The notes beneath the pieces were generated by a model. It was not told the origin of the DNA. It was given only the letters and a program-made list of their open reading frames with translations, and did not search any database. A stretch of 38,902 nucleotides of DNA from a virus (taxonomy: Duplodnaviria; Caudoviricetes). The stretch spans positions 1 to 38,902 of the IMG/VR virus record IMGVR_UViG_3300032248_000474. One strand, 5' to 3'. Positions 16,747-25,834 of the stretch are shown here, one piece after another (the stretch's first letter is position 1; the number at the start of each line of letters is the position of its first letter). The position numbers and the translations under genes were made by a program.

Positions 16747-18594
16747 TTATACGGGCGTCCAGTTACCGCCGCTATATGTGTAACCGCCGTTGTTCAACCA
16801 GCTAGTATCTCCGACGTTGTAAGTGCCGTTGCTGTTCATACCGCCAGCACCGCCGTTGTAACCGTCATTGGCATTGTTGTACGAATTGAACGCGCTCATT
16901 AGGTTCTTACCGGCGTTGCTAATGCCGGTGTTCCAAGCATTAGAGCTAGCCATCGTACCAGCCGCCAACGCATTGCCCGCACCAATCGTGTTGTTAGCGA
17001 CGTTGTTAGCGGTCTGCTGAATGACGTTACCGCCGTTTAAAGCGGCGCTGTTATTGTTGGCGTTCATGGTATTAGCGGTTTGCTGACCTGCACCCATCAG
17101 GACCGACAACGAGTTTAGATCGTTGGCGCGAGTTGTGTTGTAGTTGTTGTAGGAGTTGTTGTAGTTCATGTTGTAGGCGTTAGCAGCATTGTTGCTGTTA
17201 GCCACAAACGCATTGTAAGCGTTCTGGTTGTAAGTATTGTAGGCGTTCGATGCGTTGTTGTAGTTCATGTTGTAGGCGTTGTAATTATTATTAGCGTTCA
17301 TGTTAAACGCATTGTACTTGTTGGTAGCGTTGGTATTGAACGCATTAAGGCCGACATTGGCGTTCATATTATACACATTGGCAGCATTGCCGTAATCTTG
17401 GTTGTAGCGGCTATAAGCGTTTGCATACTCTTGACTTGCTGACTTTTGACCGTAGTCGGTAATAGCCCGCAAGGCATTACCAGACAGCGCACCGCCACGA
17501 GCCGCAGCGGAAGCGTTGACGCCTTTCAGACCTTCCGACAACCGGAACGCAGTGCCGGGATCAGTGTACTGATCGTAACTGAAGTCTTTGAACGTAAACT
17601 TGTCAGGTGCGTGGTAGACGTCTGGTGTAAATTTCTCAGGTTTATACTCGCCACCTGCGTAAGCAAATTTATCGGGTGCGGTATACACTTGCGGAACGTA
17701 CGGGCCAGCGGCGTATTTGAAGCCGTTGCCGGGCGCGTACAACCCGGTGTTTTTGGTGTTAGCCCCGTTACCGCCGCTTTTGCTATTCGCTAATGTTTGC
17801 AAATATTTGTAGTCGGCGCTGTCCTTCTGAACGCCGCCAGCCATTACTTTAAGCAGGGCATCGCCTGTCAGATGTTGATCGGCAGCTTGTTGGGTCCAAT
17901 AATCAAACCCGGCTTGGTCTGGATCGCGCCCGAGTTTGGTAACGTAATTGTTAAAAATTTCTTTTTGCAGATCAGTCATCCCGGCACTGGAATGAATGTA
18001 TGCTGTCGTATCCGCAGGATTTGTGGTTTTATCGGTCTTTGTCGTGTCCGTCGCGTTGGTTGTCGTCGCAGGGTTGTTATTGATCTGCCCTGACGAGATA
18101 GCGTTGTTATACGACGACGGGTCCATCCGTTCGCCGGTCTTGCTGTTAACGTAATACTCTTGACCGCTGTCCCCGCCTTGGCTGTAATACTGCCAATTCG
18201 CTTGGTTATTAGCGTCAGTTGTAGGATTGCTAGTCGTATTGGTGTTGGTGTTCGTCGTATTGTTATCGGCGTTCATCAATTGTTTGTAATTAACGCCTTG
18301 GGTTAGGGCGTTGACCGCTGCAATTTGACCTTGAGACGGGGACAAGCCCAACAGGTTCATATACTGATCACGGGCGGTATTGCCAGCCAACAAGGACGAC
18401 TTGTTCAGTTCCAAGTTCTTATTGTACATCGCCTGCTGAAGTGCTAAGGTCTCTTGTTGAGCCTTGAGCTGTGCGGCAGAGGCTTTATCCGCAGCGGCGG
18501 CTTGCGCGTCAGCGGCATCGCTTGCCGCGCCAGATGACAGAACAGAGCCAGCTAAACTAGCTCCCGCCGATACAACCGCGCCAACAATAGCCAT
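16747..18594 (-). CDS. Putative ejection (DNA transfer, P22 gp7-like) protein with Asn-rich repeats
   Basis: Gly/Ala-rich N-terminus; DPG..FRL.EG...SAAARGGALSGNALRAITDYGQ..ASQEY.NAY.R motif typical of podovirus DNA-transfer proteins. Confidence 0.75.
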   Translation of the reverse strand: MAIVGAVVSAGASLAGSVLSSGAASDAADAQAAAADKASAAQLKAQQETLALQQAMYNKNLELNKSSLLAGNTARDQYMNLLGLSPSQGQIAAVNALTQGVNYKQLMNADNNTTNTNTNTTSNPTTDANNQANWQYYSQGGDSGQEYYVNSKTGERMDPSSYNNAISSGQINNNPATTTNATDTTKTDKTTNPADTTAYIHSSAGMTDLQKEIFNNYVTKLGRDPDQAGFDYWTQQAADQHLTGDALLKVMAGGVQKDSADYKYLQTLANSKSGGNGANTKNTGLYAPGNGFKYAAGPYVPQVYTAPDKFAYAGGEYKPEKFTPDVYHAPDKFTFKDFSYDQYTDPGTAFRLSEGLKGVNASAAARGGALSGNALRAITDYGQKSASQEYANAYSRYNQDYGNAANVYNMNANVGLNAFNTNATNKYNAFNMNANNNYNAYNMNYNNASNAYNTYNQNAYNAFVANSNNAANAYNMNYNNSYNNYNTTRANDLNSLSVLMGAGQQTANTMNANNNSAALNGGNVIQQTANNVANNTIGAGNALAAGTMASSNAWNTGISNAGKNLMSAFNSYNNANDGYNGGAGGMNSNGTYNVGDTSWLNNGGYTYSGGNWTPV

Positions 18595-18595
18595 C

Positions 18596-19048
18596 TTAGT
18601 CTCCGATCCACTTGGAATACAGGGTTTCCACCGGTGTCATTCCAAGTCGTTTAAATAGAACAGAACAGTCTTTGTGAAGTTTCGAGGAATGGTGGATGCG
18701 ATGAACGCCTCTTCGTTTGGCTTCGAGCTCCACTTCCCGGAACATCTTTACAAAGTCAAACCCACCCCGAATATCCGGGTGAGTCCAGAATATATCCATT
18801 ATGAGCTCAAGGCAAGTCTTATAATGTAGGTTAAAGGCCACAAAGCCCATATAGTAGCCAACGAGCCGCCCGTTGTCCCGAATTGTGACAACCAATAGCG
18901 GCTCGATTTCGTTCAGTATGCTGTACGCCTTATAATTGACGTCCAGCAATACCTTGTCCTTGTTAAGCGCCAGCTCGTCCCAATGAGCGGGATACAGATG
19001 TTTGGCATCTTTTATGAAATCCTCGTACGGTTCGGTCTGGATAATCAT
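18596..19048 (-). CDS. GNAT-fold acetyltransferase-like protein
   Basis: VVTIRDNGRLVGY...DIFWTHPDIRGG...EAKRRGV...LFKRLGMTPVE. Confidence 0.7.
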   Translation of the reverse strand: MIIQTEPYEDFIKDAKHLYPAHWDELALNKDKVLLDVNYKAYSILNEIEPLLVVTIRDNGRLVGYYMGFVAFNLHYKTCLELIMDIFWTHPDIRGGFDFVKMFREVELEAKRRGVHRIHHSSKLHKDCSVLFKRLGMTPVETLYSKWIGD

Positions 19049-19581
19049 TAGCCATTCCTTATGTCCACGATAACCACAATCCGGTCATCTTTGCTGTTGT
19101 TCATAACGGAGTGTTTGGCGTTATTATTGATCATCCAGATTTCGCCATTACGGAAGTTGACAGTTTCATCTTCGATATGAAACATAGCCCCGTTCAGACT
19201 TTGCAGGGCAATCTGGTAGCGTGTGAAGTAGGTGGCTGGTGCTCCTTGATCAATGTGCGGTGTAATCTGCTTGCCCGGGGGCAGTTTGGTGATGATGCAG
19301 CGACCAAGGTGAACGCCCTCCACATGCCGCATCAGGTTCAGGATCAGTGCCCGTACGGGCTTTAGGATATGCCATCCTCGGAACGGCTGGACGAGCTTGT
19401 CGTCAATCACCTGCCCCGTCGGGTCGTTAAACATCAACCAGATGTCGCTGACTTCGGCATGAGCTGTACCGGGGTGTTGGGTTCGTAGCGTATTCTCATT
19501 CCAAAGGTCGGGGTTTAGGGCTATGGCGTGGAGTGCTGGAAATACGTCAATGCCTTCTGCTACCTTCAAGAAGTGGCGCAT
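19048..19581 (-). CDS. Aspartyl/asparaginyl beta-hydroxylase-family 2OG-Fe(II) oxygenase
   Basis: ITKLPPGKQITPHID (HxD), RYQIAL, GEIW..NN..KHSVMN.S.DDRIVVIVD (distal His and 2OG-binding Arg). Confidence 0.85.
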   Translation of the reverse strand: MRHFLKVAEGIDVFPALHAIALNPDLWNENTLRTQHPGTAHAEVSDIWLMFNDPTGQVIDDKLVQPFRGWHILKPVRALILNLMRHVEGVHLGRCIITKLPPGKQITPHIDQGAPATYFTRYQIALQSLNGAMFHIEDETVNFRNGEIWMINNNAKHSVMNNSKDDRIVVIVDIRNG

Positions 19582-19599
19582 ACATTATCCTTTCAAGGG

Positions 19600-19812
19600 T
19601 TACGGGGTTGGAAGCGGGTCTACAGGTAAACTAGGTTCTGGACCATCAACAATAGTCCATTGAGTGCCATCAAAACGAGCAAATTTGTTTGCAGGAATAA
19701 CAGGTATTGGCACTCTCGTCCAATAAAGAGGAGCGCCATCGGTGTTTGTTATATCACGACGACTGCCAGTATAAAACCCGGTTAATGGTTTGTATTCGTA
19801 AATGGTTGGCAT
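19600..19812 (-). CDS. Putative tail fibre assembly chaperone
   Basis: IYEY.PLTGFYTG...P..WT..PIP......ARFDGTQWTIV; directly downstream of the fibre gene. Confidence 0.65.
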   Translation of the reverse strand: MPTIYEYKPLTGFYTGSRRDITNTDGAPLYWTRVPIPVIPANKFARFDGTQWTIVDGPEPSLPVDPLPTP

Positions 19813-19820
19813 GGCGCACC

Positions 19821-22073
19821 TTACGTTTTAATATAATATGGGGTAGGTGTAGAATTAACGCTATACGGGCTATCAGGGTTTCCGTTAAACGCAAGTGCGC
19901 TATACGCACTAGTTGAGCTAATATACCCGTTCGGTAATTTATTACCCAACGAAGGCACAACAAATTCAGTTGCGGGGTTATAATTATATACGTTAGAAGT
20001 ATACATTGCGCTGGAGCTAACGTACCCATAATATAATCCAGACGACTGACGACCGCTGTAGAAAGTCGCTGAATTTGTGCCGTCGTATGTCGATCTAAAC
20101 CAGTTTATGAAATCTTTGGTTATATAACCGTTTTTTGTTGTTACCCATCCGTTGCTGTCAATACCCAACACTTTACCTACGTTTTGATTGAAAGCGTTGC
20201 TAGCTGACGTAGTGTTTAATGCGGTCCAAGTACCGGTAAGTGTCGCGCCGCGAGCAATTCGGCCTGATTTATTAACAACATAAAAGTTACCACCAACATA
20301 AGTAACACCAACCACGGAAGTATCAGCCCCAAATCCAATAATACTGCTATATATCTTACTGTAAACAGTGTCGCTACCGCTAGAGCCGTTAGTAAAGCTA
20401 GTGCCGTTGGTTGAATACACAACACCAAAAGCATTAGATGGGGCAGTAACGGCGTTTCCATAAACAAACAATACTTCCGTCGGCGAACACGCTACCGCAA
20501 CCGCTGCGTTTTGATAGCCGCCGATGTTAGAACCAGAATAAACAGCGCTCCAACTTGTAGGAGTAGAGGACGCAGAAAGATAAAAGTATGTGTAATAACT
20601 ACCATTAACATCTGCACCTGTAGCGATTGTATACCAACGATTAGCCGGACCGCCATAAGTTACATCTGAAATAAGGTAATTATAACCGCCAGCTAACCCC
20701 GTTATAGAAGCGGGCGTCCATGTTGTAAGGTTATTACTATAATTATAGTAGCAAACAGTTCCCGAAACTGTAGGGATATACAACCCAAACATATAATAGC
20801 CGTTGCCGTATCCAACACTATTACCGTTAGCACCACCAAGTGGGTTGTTATACCCGCCGACTGTAGTCATGAAGGGGCCTGAAGTTAAAGACGAGAAATT
20901 AACCCCATCTGTTGAAATTTGCGCCCAACCTGCCCCTGTCCCGGTATAAGTTCCGCTAGTATATCCTAAATTAGTGCTGGCAAAAACATAACCGTTAGCT
21001 TCGTTGGTAGTATAAATATATTGTATCCCCGCGCCAGTAGGAGCGCCTAAAAGAGTTTGCACGGGTGAAACTTGTTGACCGATGTAGGTTGCCAACGCAG
21101 GGTAAACGGATTGCAAATATGTGGAGCCGTCGCATTTCAAATAGCCTGTGGGCGCGGTGCTGGATGCCGCACGGGTAATTGTACCTACAGGAATAGCAGC
21201 GGGCGTTTGCCATGTTGTCGCCGTGCCGGTGGACGTCAACACTTGCCCGACAGTGCCATACGAAGGTGTTGCGCCAATACCAATGCCGCCGGTTGCGACG
21301 TTAAAGGTGAACGCCGTCACACCTGCTTTGCTACGCAGGGCGGTCGTTGCGCCATCAACGTAATTGTTGCCGGTAGCGTTATTGTCGATGGTCAGACCAC
21401 CACCAACACTGCTAACGGACAAGCCCGTCTCGCTTGCCGTTGTAGTGACAACCCCGAACCGGGCGCTAGGGGTTGTGGTTCCAATACCAACCCGCCCATT
21501 GGTCAAATAGCGGCTAACTTCTGCGCCATTGACGTATATCGTGTAGGGCAAAAACGCGCTTGTACCGGCAGCGCCCGATACAGTACGGGCGTCCGTCGCG
21601 TTGATTTCCATCGAATGATAAGAAGAATTGGTCGGGACCGAATTGTTGTAGGAAACCCACGAAGCGTTAAGGTTGGTGCCGTTGGGCACCACACCAACGG
21701 CTGACAGACCGTTGGAAACCGTTGTCTGAAACATCGTCCGGTTAAGCAGGTTAATGTTGGTAAAATCACCCAACACCCGGTTAGCCAACGACGGCAATGT
21801 GCTGGAGCTGCCTATGTTGTCTACGGACCAAATTTGCGTACCGGTGGCGGTTGTCAGCGTCATTTTGTACGCGCCGGAACCGAGCCACACCAGAGCTTCC
21901 CCGCGAGCATCCAGCACAATCGGGTTGGTGTTGTTGATGGTGCCGTTGACATCTTGATAAGTCGCCTGCGGCGTGGTAGTGCCCGCAGCATAAGTATACA
22001 GCAAGCCACCGGCTAACGGAACGCCGTTGTTATCAAAGAATTGGAGCTTTGGAGGTGTGCCTAACGTAGCCAT
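19821..22073 (-). CDS. Tail fibre/receptor-binding protein with virion-anchor N-terminus, tail collar domain and beta-propeller-like insert
   Basis: QFFDNNGVPLAGGLLYTYAAGTTTP...NTNPIVLDARGEA anchor; IPVGTI...APTGYLKCDGS......YPALA..IG collar; S.DG..F/W-type repeats. Confidence 0.85.
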   Translation of the reverse strand: MATLGTPPKLQFFDNNGVPLAGGLLYTYAAGTTTPQATYQDVNGTINNTNPIVLDARGEALVWLGSGAYKMTLTTATGTQIWSVDNIGSSSTLPSLANRVLGDFTNINLLNRTMFQTTVSNGLSAVGVVPNGTNLNASWVSYNNSVPTNSSYHSMEINATDARTVSGAAGTSAFLPYTIYVNGAEVSRYLTNGRVGIGTTTPSARFGVVTTTASETGLSVSSVGGGLTIDNNATGNNYVDGATTALRSKAGVTAFTFNVATGGIGIGATPSYGTVGQVLTSTGTATTWQTPAAIPVGTITRAASSTAPTGYLKCDGSTYLQSVYPALATYIGQQVSPVQTLLGAPTGAGIQYIYTTNEANGYVFASTNLGYTSGTYTGTGAGWAQISTDGVNFSSLTSGPFMTTVGGYNNPLGGANGNSVGYGNGYYMFGLYIPTVSGTVCYYNYSNNLTTWTPASITGLAGGYNYLISDVTYGGPANRWYTIATGADVNGSYYTYFYLSASSTPTSWSAVYSGSNIGGYQNAAVAVACSPTEVLFVYGNAVTAPSNAFGVVYSTNGTSFTNGSSGSDTVYSKIYSSIIGFGADTSVVGVTYVGGNFYVVNKSGRIARGATLTGTWTALNTTSASNAFNQNVGKVLGIDSNGWVTTKNGYITKDFINWFRSTYDGTNSATFYSGRQSSGLYYGYVSSSAMYTSNVYNYNPATEFVVPSLGNKLPNGYISSTSAYSALAFNGNPDSPYSVNSTPTPYYIKT

Positions 22074-22074
22074 A

Positions 22075-22311
22075 TTAAACTCCCGTAATGGTCTGCCAAG
22101 CAGTACCCGTGTAGACGCATAGCCGTTTCAAACTTGTATCGAATACTAATAAACCAGTTTTAGGTGAAATCATAGCATTTTTCTCCGCAGTTGTCATCGG
22201 CGGAGCAATAACCGCAGTCGGAATAGCATCCATAAACCGGTACCACGGACGGGTCATTAAGCCGTCATCATCCAGAACGGGCACACGGGTGGAGGGGATT
22301 TGATTAGGCAT
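22075..22311 (-). CDS. Small tail protein (tail-needle position), 78 aa
   Basis: IP..RVPVLD.DGLMTRPWYRF motif; directly after the gp10-like gene. Confidence 0.6.
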   Translation of the reverse strand: MPNQIPSTRVPVLDDDGLMTRPWYRFMDAIPTAVIAPPMTTAEKNAMISPKTGLLVFDTSLKRLCVYTGTAWQTITGV

Positions 22312-23839
22312 TGGTTACGTTCCCCACAATCTCAGCCGTTATAATGGCGATCTTTACCGGGTCCGTTCCAGACAATTCGTAAATGCGGTCGCGGAGTTTG
22401 GTCGTCATGCCAAGCCGCCGCCAGATAACACGCTGCTGATAGTTACCGAGCTTGCCAAGCGATGCCCAATGCTCGTTTGACCAAGTATGCCCGCCGTCAT
22501 CCGACCAGCGCAGCATCACTTGCGGATCAAAGCCGGAACTAGCATTGTAAATAGTTGTTACCATATAAGACGGCGTACCGGTTGTAATCAGACGGTTGCC
22601 GCTTTCGGTAATCAGGTTGAACGCAGTGGAGGCGCCTTCAAAGTAGGGCAGGCCAACGCCAGCTTCCATATAAATCTGCAATGAGTGCTGCAACGACCGC
22701 TTCATATCGTTCTTGTCAGTATCCAACGCCCGCCAAGTACGCAACCATTTCTGCGGCGCTCCAGCATCGTCGTAAGTGTTCTGGTCAAGCTCATACAGAT
22801 TGCCGTTAGCGTAGTCGCCGACAATCGTCATGTTGTTATAATAGATTTGAGTGTTAGCTTGATGGCGGGTAAACTGACCGTTGACCAATGCAGCACGCTC
22901 ATGCCACAACCCCGTCGCAAGGTCGAACGCCCATGTCTTACCAGCGGACGGGAAGTTCAAAACGTAGAACGGATGCCCGTCCTGTTGATAGGTGTAAGCC
23001 ACCGCATCGGAGAGCGTGCTGTATTGTTGTATCTGCCATTCCACCATGTGGTCTGACCGCCGAACGCCTTGATAGCCGCTGGAAGCATAAACAACGCCAC
23101 CGCCTCTTGTATCGGCGCCAAGCCAGAACAGTTGGTTGTTGAGCTTCGCTACAGAATACGGCGCAACGCAACCGATTTCACCCGTCGCACCTTGGATGCG
23201 AGCCAGCGGGAAGTTAGCGGTACCGGCGTCATACCAGACTTCCGTCGAGCCGGAGCCAAACACCCAAAGCTCGTTATGGGCGACGTAAGTCGCAACGACG
23301 TTATCAGGATTGCTTTCCGCAGTCGCAAACGACAACGCATCCCACGACTTGCCATCGTAGATGGCGCTGGTCCACACCCGCCCGGAATTGGGCTCGTTAA
23401 TTACGAAGTAACCGTCGAGATAGCTGACCATCACCGCGCCCGGAAAGTTGGGATCGGTTACTTGCGCGAAAGTAGATTTTGATGTGTCGTAAACGTAGGC
23501 GGTCGGGTTGGCAGCTATAAACAGTTGAACGCCGTTATCAACCATCGACACGATGCCGGTGCCGGGAACAGTACCAAGCGACTTGGCGTCAAACGCAGCG
23601 GACAGTTGATAAAGGGTGGTGCCGGACACGACATACAGCGTGGTGCTTGCCATAACCCACATGCCGCGGATCGGGCCTGTGCCTATGGTCTTGAGCTTCT
23701 TGAGGCCCGGCGTGCGTTGAAGCCAGCCTGCGTTAAAGCCGCTGTCCGATTTTTCTTGAAACAAGTTAACAGCTCTCGTATCAGCCGCATTGGGGCTGCG
23801 AGCGACGTTGTTTGAAGCAAGGATCGGTGACTTTGCCAT
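22304..23839 (-). CDS. P22 gp10-like tail hub/packaged-DNA stabilisation protein
   Basis: LQRTPGL...YLDGYFV...FATAESNPD...FGSGSTEVWY...VMLRWSDDGGHTWSNEHW..LGKLG.Y..RVIWRRLG. Confidence 0.88.
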   Translation of the reverse strand: MAKSPILASNNVARSPNAADTRAVNLFQEKSDSGFNAGWLQRTPGLKKLKTIGTGPIRGMWVMASTTLYVVSGTTLYQLSAAFDAKSLGTVPGTGIVSMVDNGVQLFIAANPTAYVYDTSKSTFAQVTDPNFPGAVMVSYLDGYFVINEPNSGRVWTSAIYDGKSWDALSFATAESNPDNVVATYVAHNELWVFGSGSTEVWYDAGTANFPLARIQGATGEIGCVAPYSVAKLNNQLFWLGADTRGGGVVYASSGYQGVRRSDHMVEWQIQQYSTLSDAVAYTYQQDGHPFYVLNFPSAGKTWAFDLATGLWHERAALVNGQFTRHQANTQIYYNNMTIVGDYANGNLYELDQNTYDDAGAPQKWLRTWRALDTDKNDMKRSLQHSLQIYMEAGVGLPYFEGASTAFNLITESGNRLITTGTPSYMVTTIYNASSGFDPQVMLRWSDDGGHTWSNEHWASLGKLGNYQQRVIWRRLGMTTKLRDRIYELSGTDPVKIAIITAEIVGNVTNA

Positions 23840-24541
23840 TTAGTAACTCGGATACCATTTAGTAGTGGTAGCATCATATACCAACATCATCACACGGCCT
23901 GTCACCGCCAGTGAAGCAATTTGAATGTTGCCCGCCAACCCTAATTGAAAACCAGCAAGCGGTATGAAATACAAAATGCCGCCCGTTGCAGCAAAAGCAG
24001 GGGGAGGGGTAATAGTAGCGATAGTTACAACACCTGATATAAAACTTACCGCTGTAGTCGGTGCGATTGTAGTCGCAGACACAATAGTTGGGGCAACAGC
24101 ACCAAAACCTATTACGCCGGAAAACAACGGGTTGGTGGCGCAAACAGGTGAGCCGGTGCCTGACGGCGTTACGAACGAGGCGTAGTTAGTTGTCCCTGCG
24201 GACTGAAGTATCTGACCAGAAGTCGTGGAGGAGATCGGAGAGAACGCACCGTTGACGGTCGCACCCGACGACATAATACTGTAGGCAGGCACCGTGCCCA
24301 AACCCGTACCGCCGTTAGCCGCACCGAGCGTGCCGGACACGCCGGACCCCAACGGCAAGTTAGAGACGTTCGCCATGTTACCTGCAACGGGCGTGCCAAG
24401 GTCGGCACCGATCAAAGTGATGTTGGAGAACAGCGCGGCGTTGGTGATCTGCTTGGTAATGCCGCCTTGTACAATCGGTATGACGTCCGTTGACAACGAA
24501 CCGGTTGCAATTGGAAGGGCTGAGATGGTTACGTCTGTCAT
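23840..24541 (-). CDS. Fibre-like virion protein, 233 aa
   Basis: MTDVTISALPIAT...DVIPIVQGGITKQIT N-terminus and GTL..ANGGTG fibre motif. Confidence 0.65.
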   Translation of the reverse strand: MTDVTISALPIATGSLSTDVIPIVQGGITKQITNAALFSNITLIGADLGTPVAGNMANVSNLPLGSGVSGTLGAANGGTGLGTVPAYSIMSSGATVNGAFSPISSTTSGQILQSAGTTNYASFVTPSGTGSPVCATNPLFSGVIGFGAVAPTIVSATTIAPTTAVSFISGVVTIATITPPPAFAATGGILYFIPLAGFQLGLAGNIQIASLAVTGRVMMLVYDATTTKWYPSY

Positions 24542-25260
24542 TAGAAGTTACCTGCAAATACGTTGAAGCGTTGACGGGTGCTGGTGATTGCGTAAGGCAT
24601 TGCCATCTGGTCGTTACCGAAGTTGATGCGTTTGATGTTGCGTTTGGCAACGGCAGCAATGCGACGAGTAGAAGCTGGTGCTTCTACACCAAACTCGTTT
24701 GCAAATTCAACAGCAAGGTTAAAACGGAACGCCCGCATATAGCCGGGTGGGAAGGACAAAGTCGTAGCGAGCGTGGAGGCCTGTTTAAGTTCTTCTGCCG
24801 AAATGAAATGAAACTCAAGCGCTTTGGTCGGCACCGGATACAAATGCAGCTCAATATTAGGAAACGCGGTGTTGATCCACATTACTTGCGGATAAGAAGA
24901 CGTTACGGTTTTAACCGCAATGCCGTCATATTGCTGCTGGTTGATCAGTTTGAAACCGTACGAGATGCCCGTTGCCGGGTCTATAAAGTACGAGCTGTCA
25001 TCCATGCTGAATGGGCGGTTACCTATAAAATTGCCGGTTGGACCAAGCGACCGCGTAAGTTGACCGGCGGGCCAAGTGAATATTTGCTCTTGGGTGGTAT
25101 AGATCATCAACCGCTCGAGAGACCAGCTATCAATCATCTGGTTCATAGCGATAAGGGCGTCGTTGGACGTCGCCGCAGTAGGTGTTTCACCTTCAGCAAG
25201 CATCCCGATGAGACGGAGCGATCCGTTGATAATGTCGCCTGCTGAATATGTTGACGCCAT
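24541..25260 (-). CDS. Head-tail adaptor (P22 gp4-like)
   Basis: AGDIINGSLRLIG.LAEGETP......DAL..MNQMIDSW...FPPGY..AFRFNLAVE.A.EFG. Confidence 0.75.
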   Translation of the reverse strand: MASTYSAGDIINGSLRLIGMLAEGETPTAATSNDALIAMNQMIDSWSLERLMIYTTQEQIFTWPAGQLTRSLGPTGNFIGNRPFSMDDSSYFIDPATGISYGFKLINQQQYDGIAVKTVTSSYPQVMWINTAFPNIELHLYPVPTKALEFHFISAEELKQASTLATTLSFPPGYMRAFRFNLAVEFANEFGVEAPASTRRIAAVAKRNIKRINFGNDQMAMPYAITSTRQRFNVFAGNF

Positions 25261-25279
25261 ACTTACACCTTATGGGTAG

Positions 25280-25352
25280 GGAAAGGCCCACCCGGAATAC
25301 CCGGGTGGGCTAGTTGCTCGCGGGTCAGAAAGGAGGAAAAAACCCCCGCGAG
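25280..25352 (-). terminator. Tandem hairpins after the head genes: an anti-SD-loop hairpin (25317-25352) and a terminator-like hairpin (25286-25310)
   Basis: Stems CTCGCGGG/CCCGCGAG and GCCCACCCGG/CCGGGTGGGC; on the - strand followed by CTTTCCC. Confidence 0.6.
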
Positions 25353-25356
25353 AGTA

Positions 25357-25779
25357 TTAGGAGATGCGATACAAGTTGTACGCTCCTGTAGCGGCGGTCT
25401 TCATCAAACGCCAGAAGCTAGAGCTTTCTGCCTGTGTGCTTGAAGAAGCCGCTAACGCAATAATGTTTGTTGCGCCAACAATGGTAACACCCGTACCACC
25501 AGCTACAGTTACGTTGGTGGCATTGATGTTAACAATTCCAAATTCAAAGAAATGACCGATACGCATGTTAGCAAGCGCCGCGTCAAGAACAGTCGCCGAA
25601 GGAGTTGTCAGTGTAATTGACGTACCGTTGGCAATGATGATGTCAGAAAACAAGTCCGTCGTTGTGAGGGTCGCACTTGCAGTGTAAGTTGGGAGAGGAT
25701 ACACAGAAGAACGAAGCTCTGCTTCGTTTGAATTTCCGTCACCGAATTGATAGCCACCACCTACTTGTGATAAAGGCAT
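25357..25779 (-). CDS. Putative capsid decoration/minor head protein
   Basis: Immediately after the coat gene with an AGGAG RBS; Thr/Ala beta-rich. Confidence 0.6.
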   Translation of the reverse strand: MPLSQVGGGYQFGDGNSNEAELRSSVYPLPTYTASATLTTTDLFSDIIIANGTSITLTTPSATVLDAALANMRIGHFFEFGIVNINATNVTVAGGTGVTIVGATNIIALAASSSTQAESSSFWRLMKTAATGAYNLYRIS

Positions 25780-25805
25780 GATAGTTACTCCTAGATGATT
25801 GAAGG

Positions 25806-25827
25806 AGCGGGGCCGTTAAGCCCCGCT
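25806..25827 (-). terminator. Hairpin downstream of the coat gene (partial terminator or mRNA stabiliser)
   Basis: AGCGGGGC-cgttaa-GCCCCGCT; weak U tail. Confidence 0.5.
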
Positions 25828-25834
25828 TGTTGGA

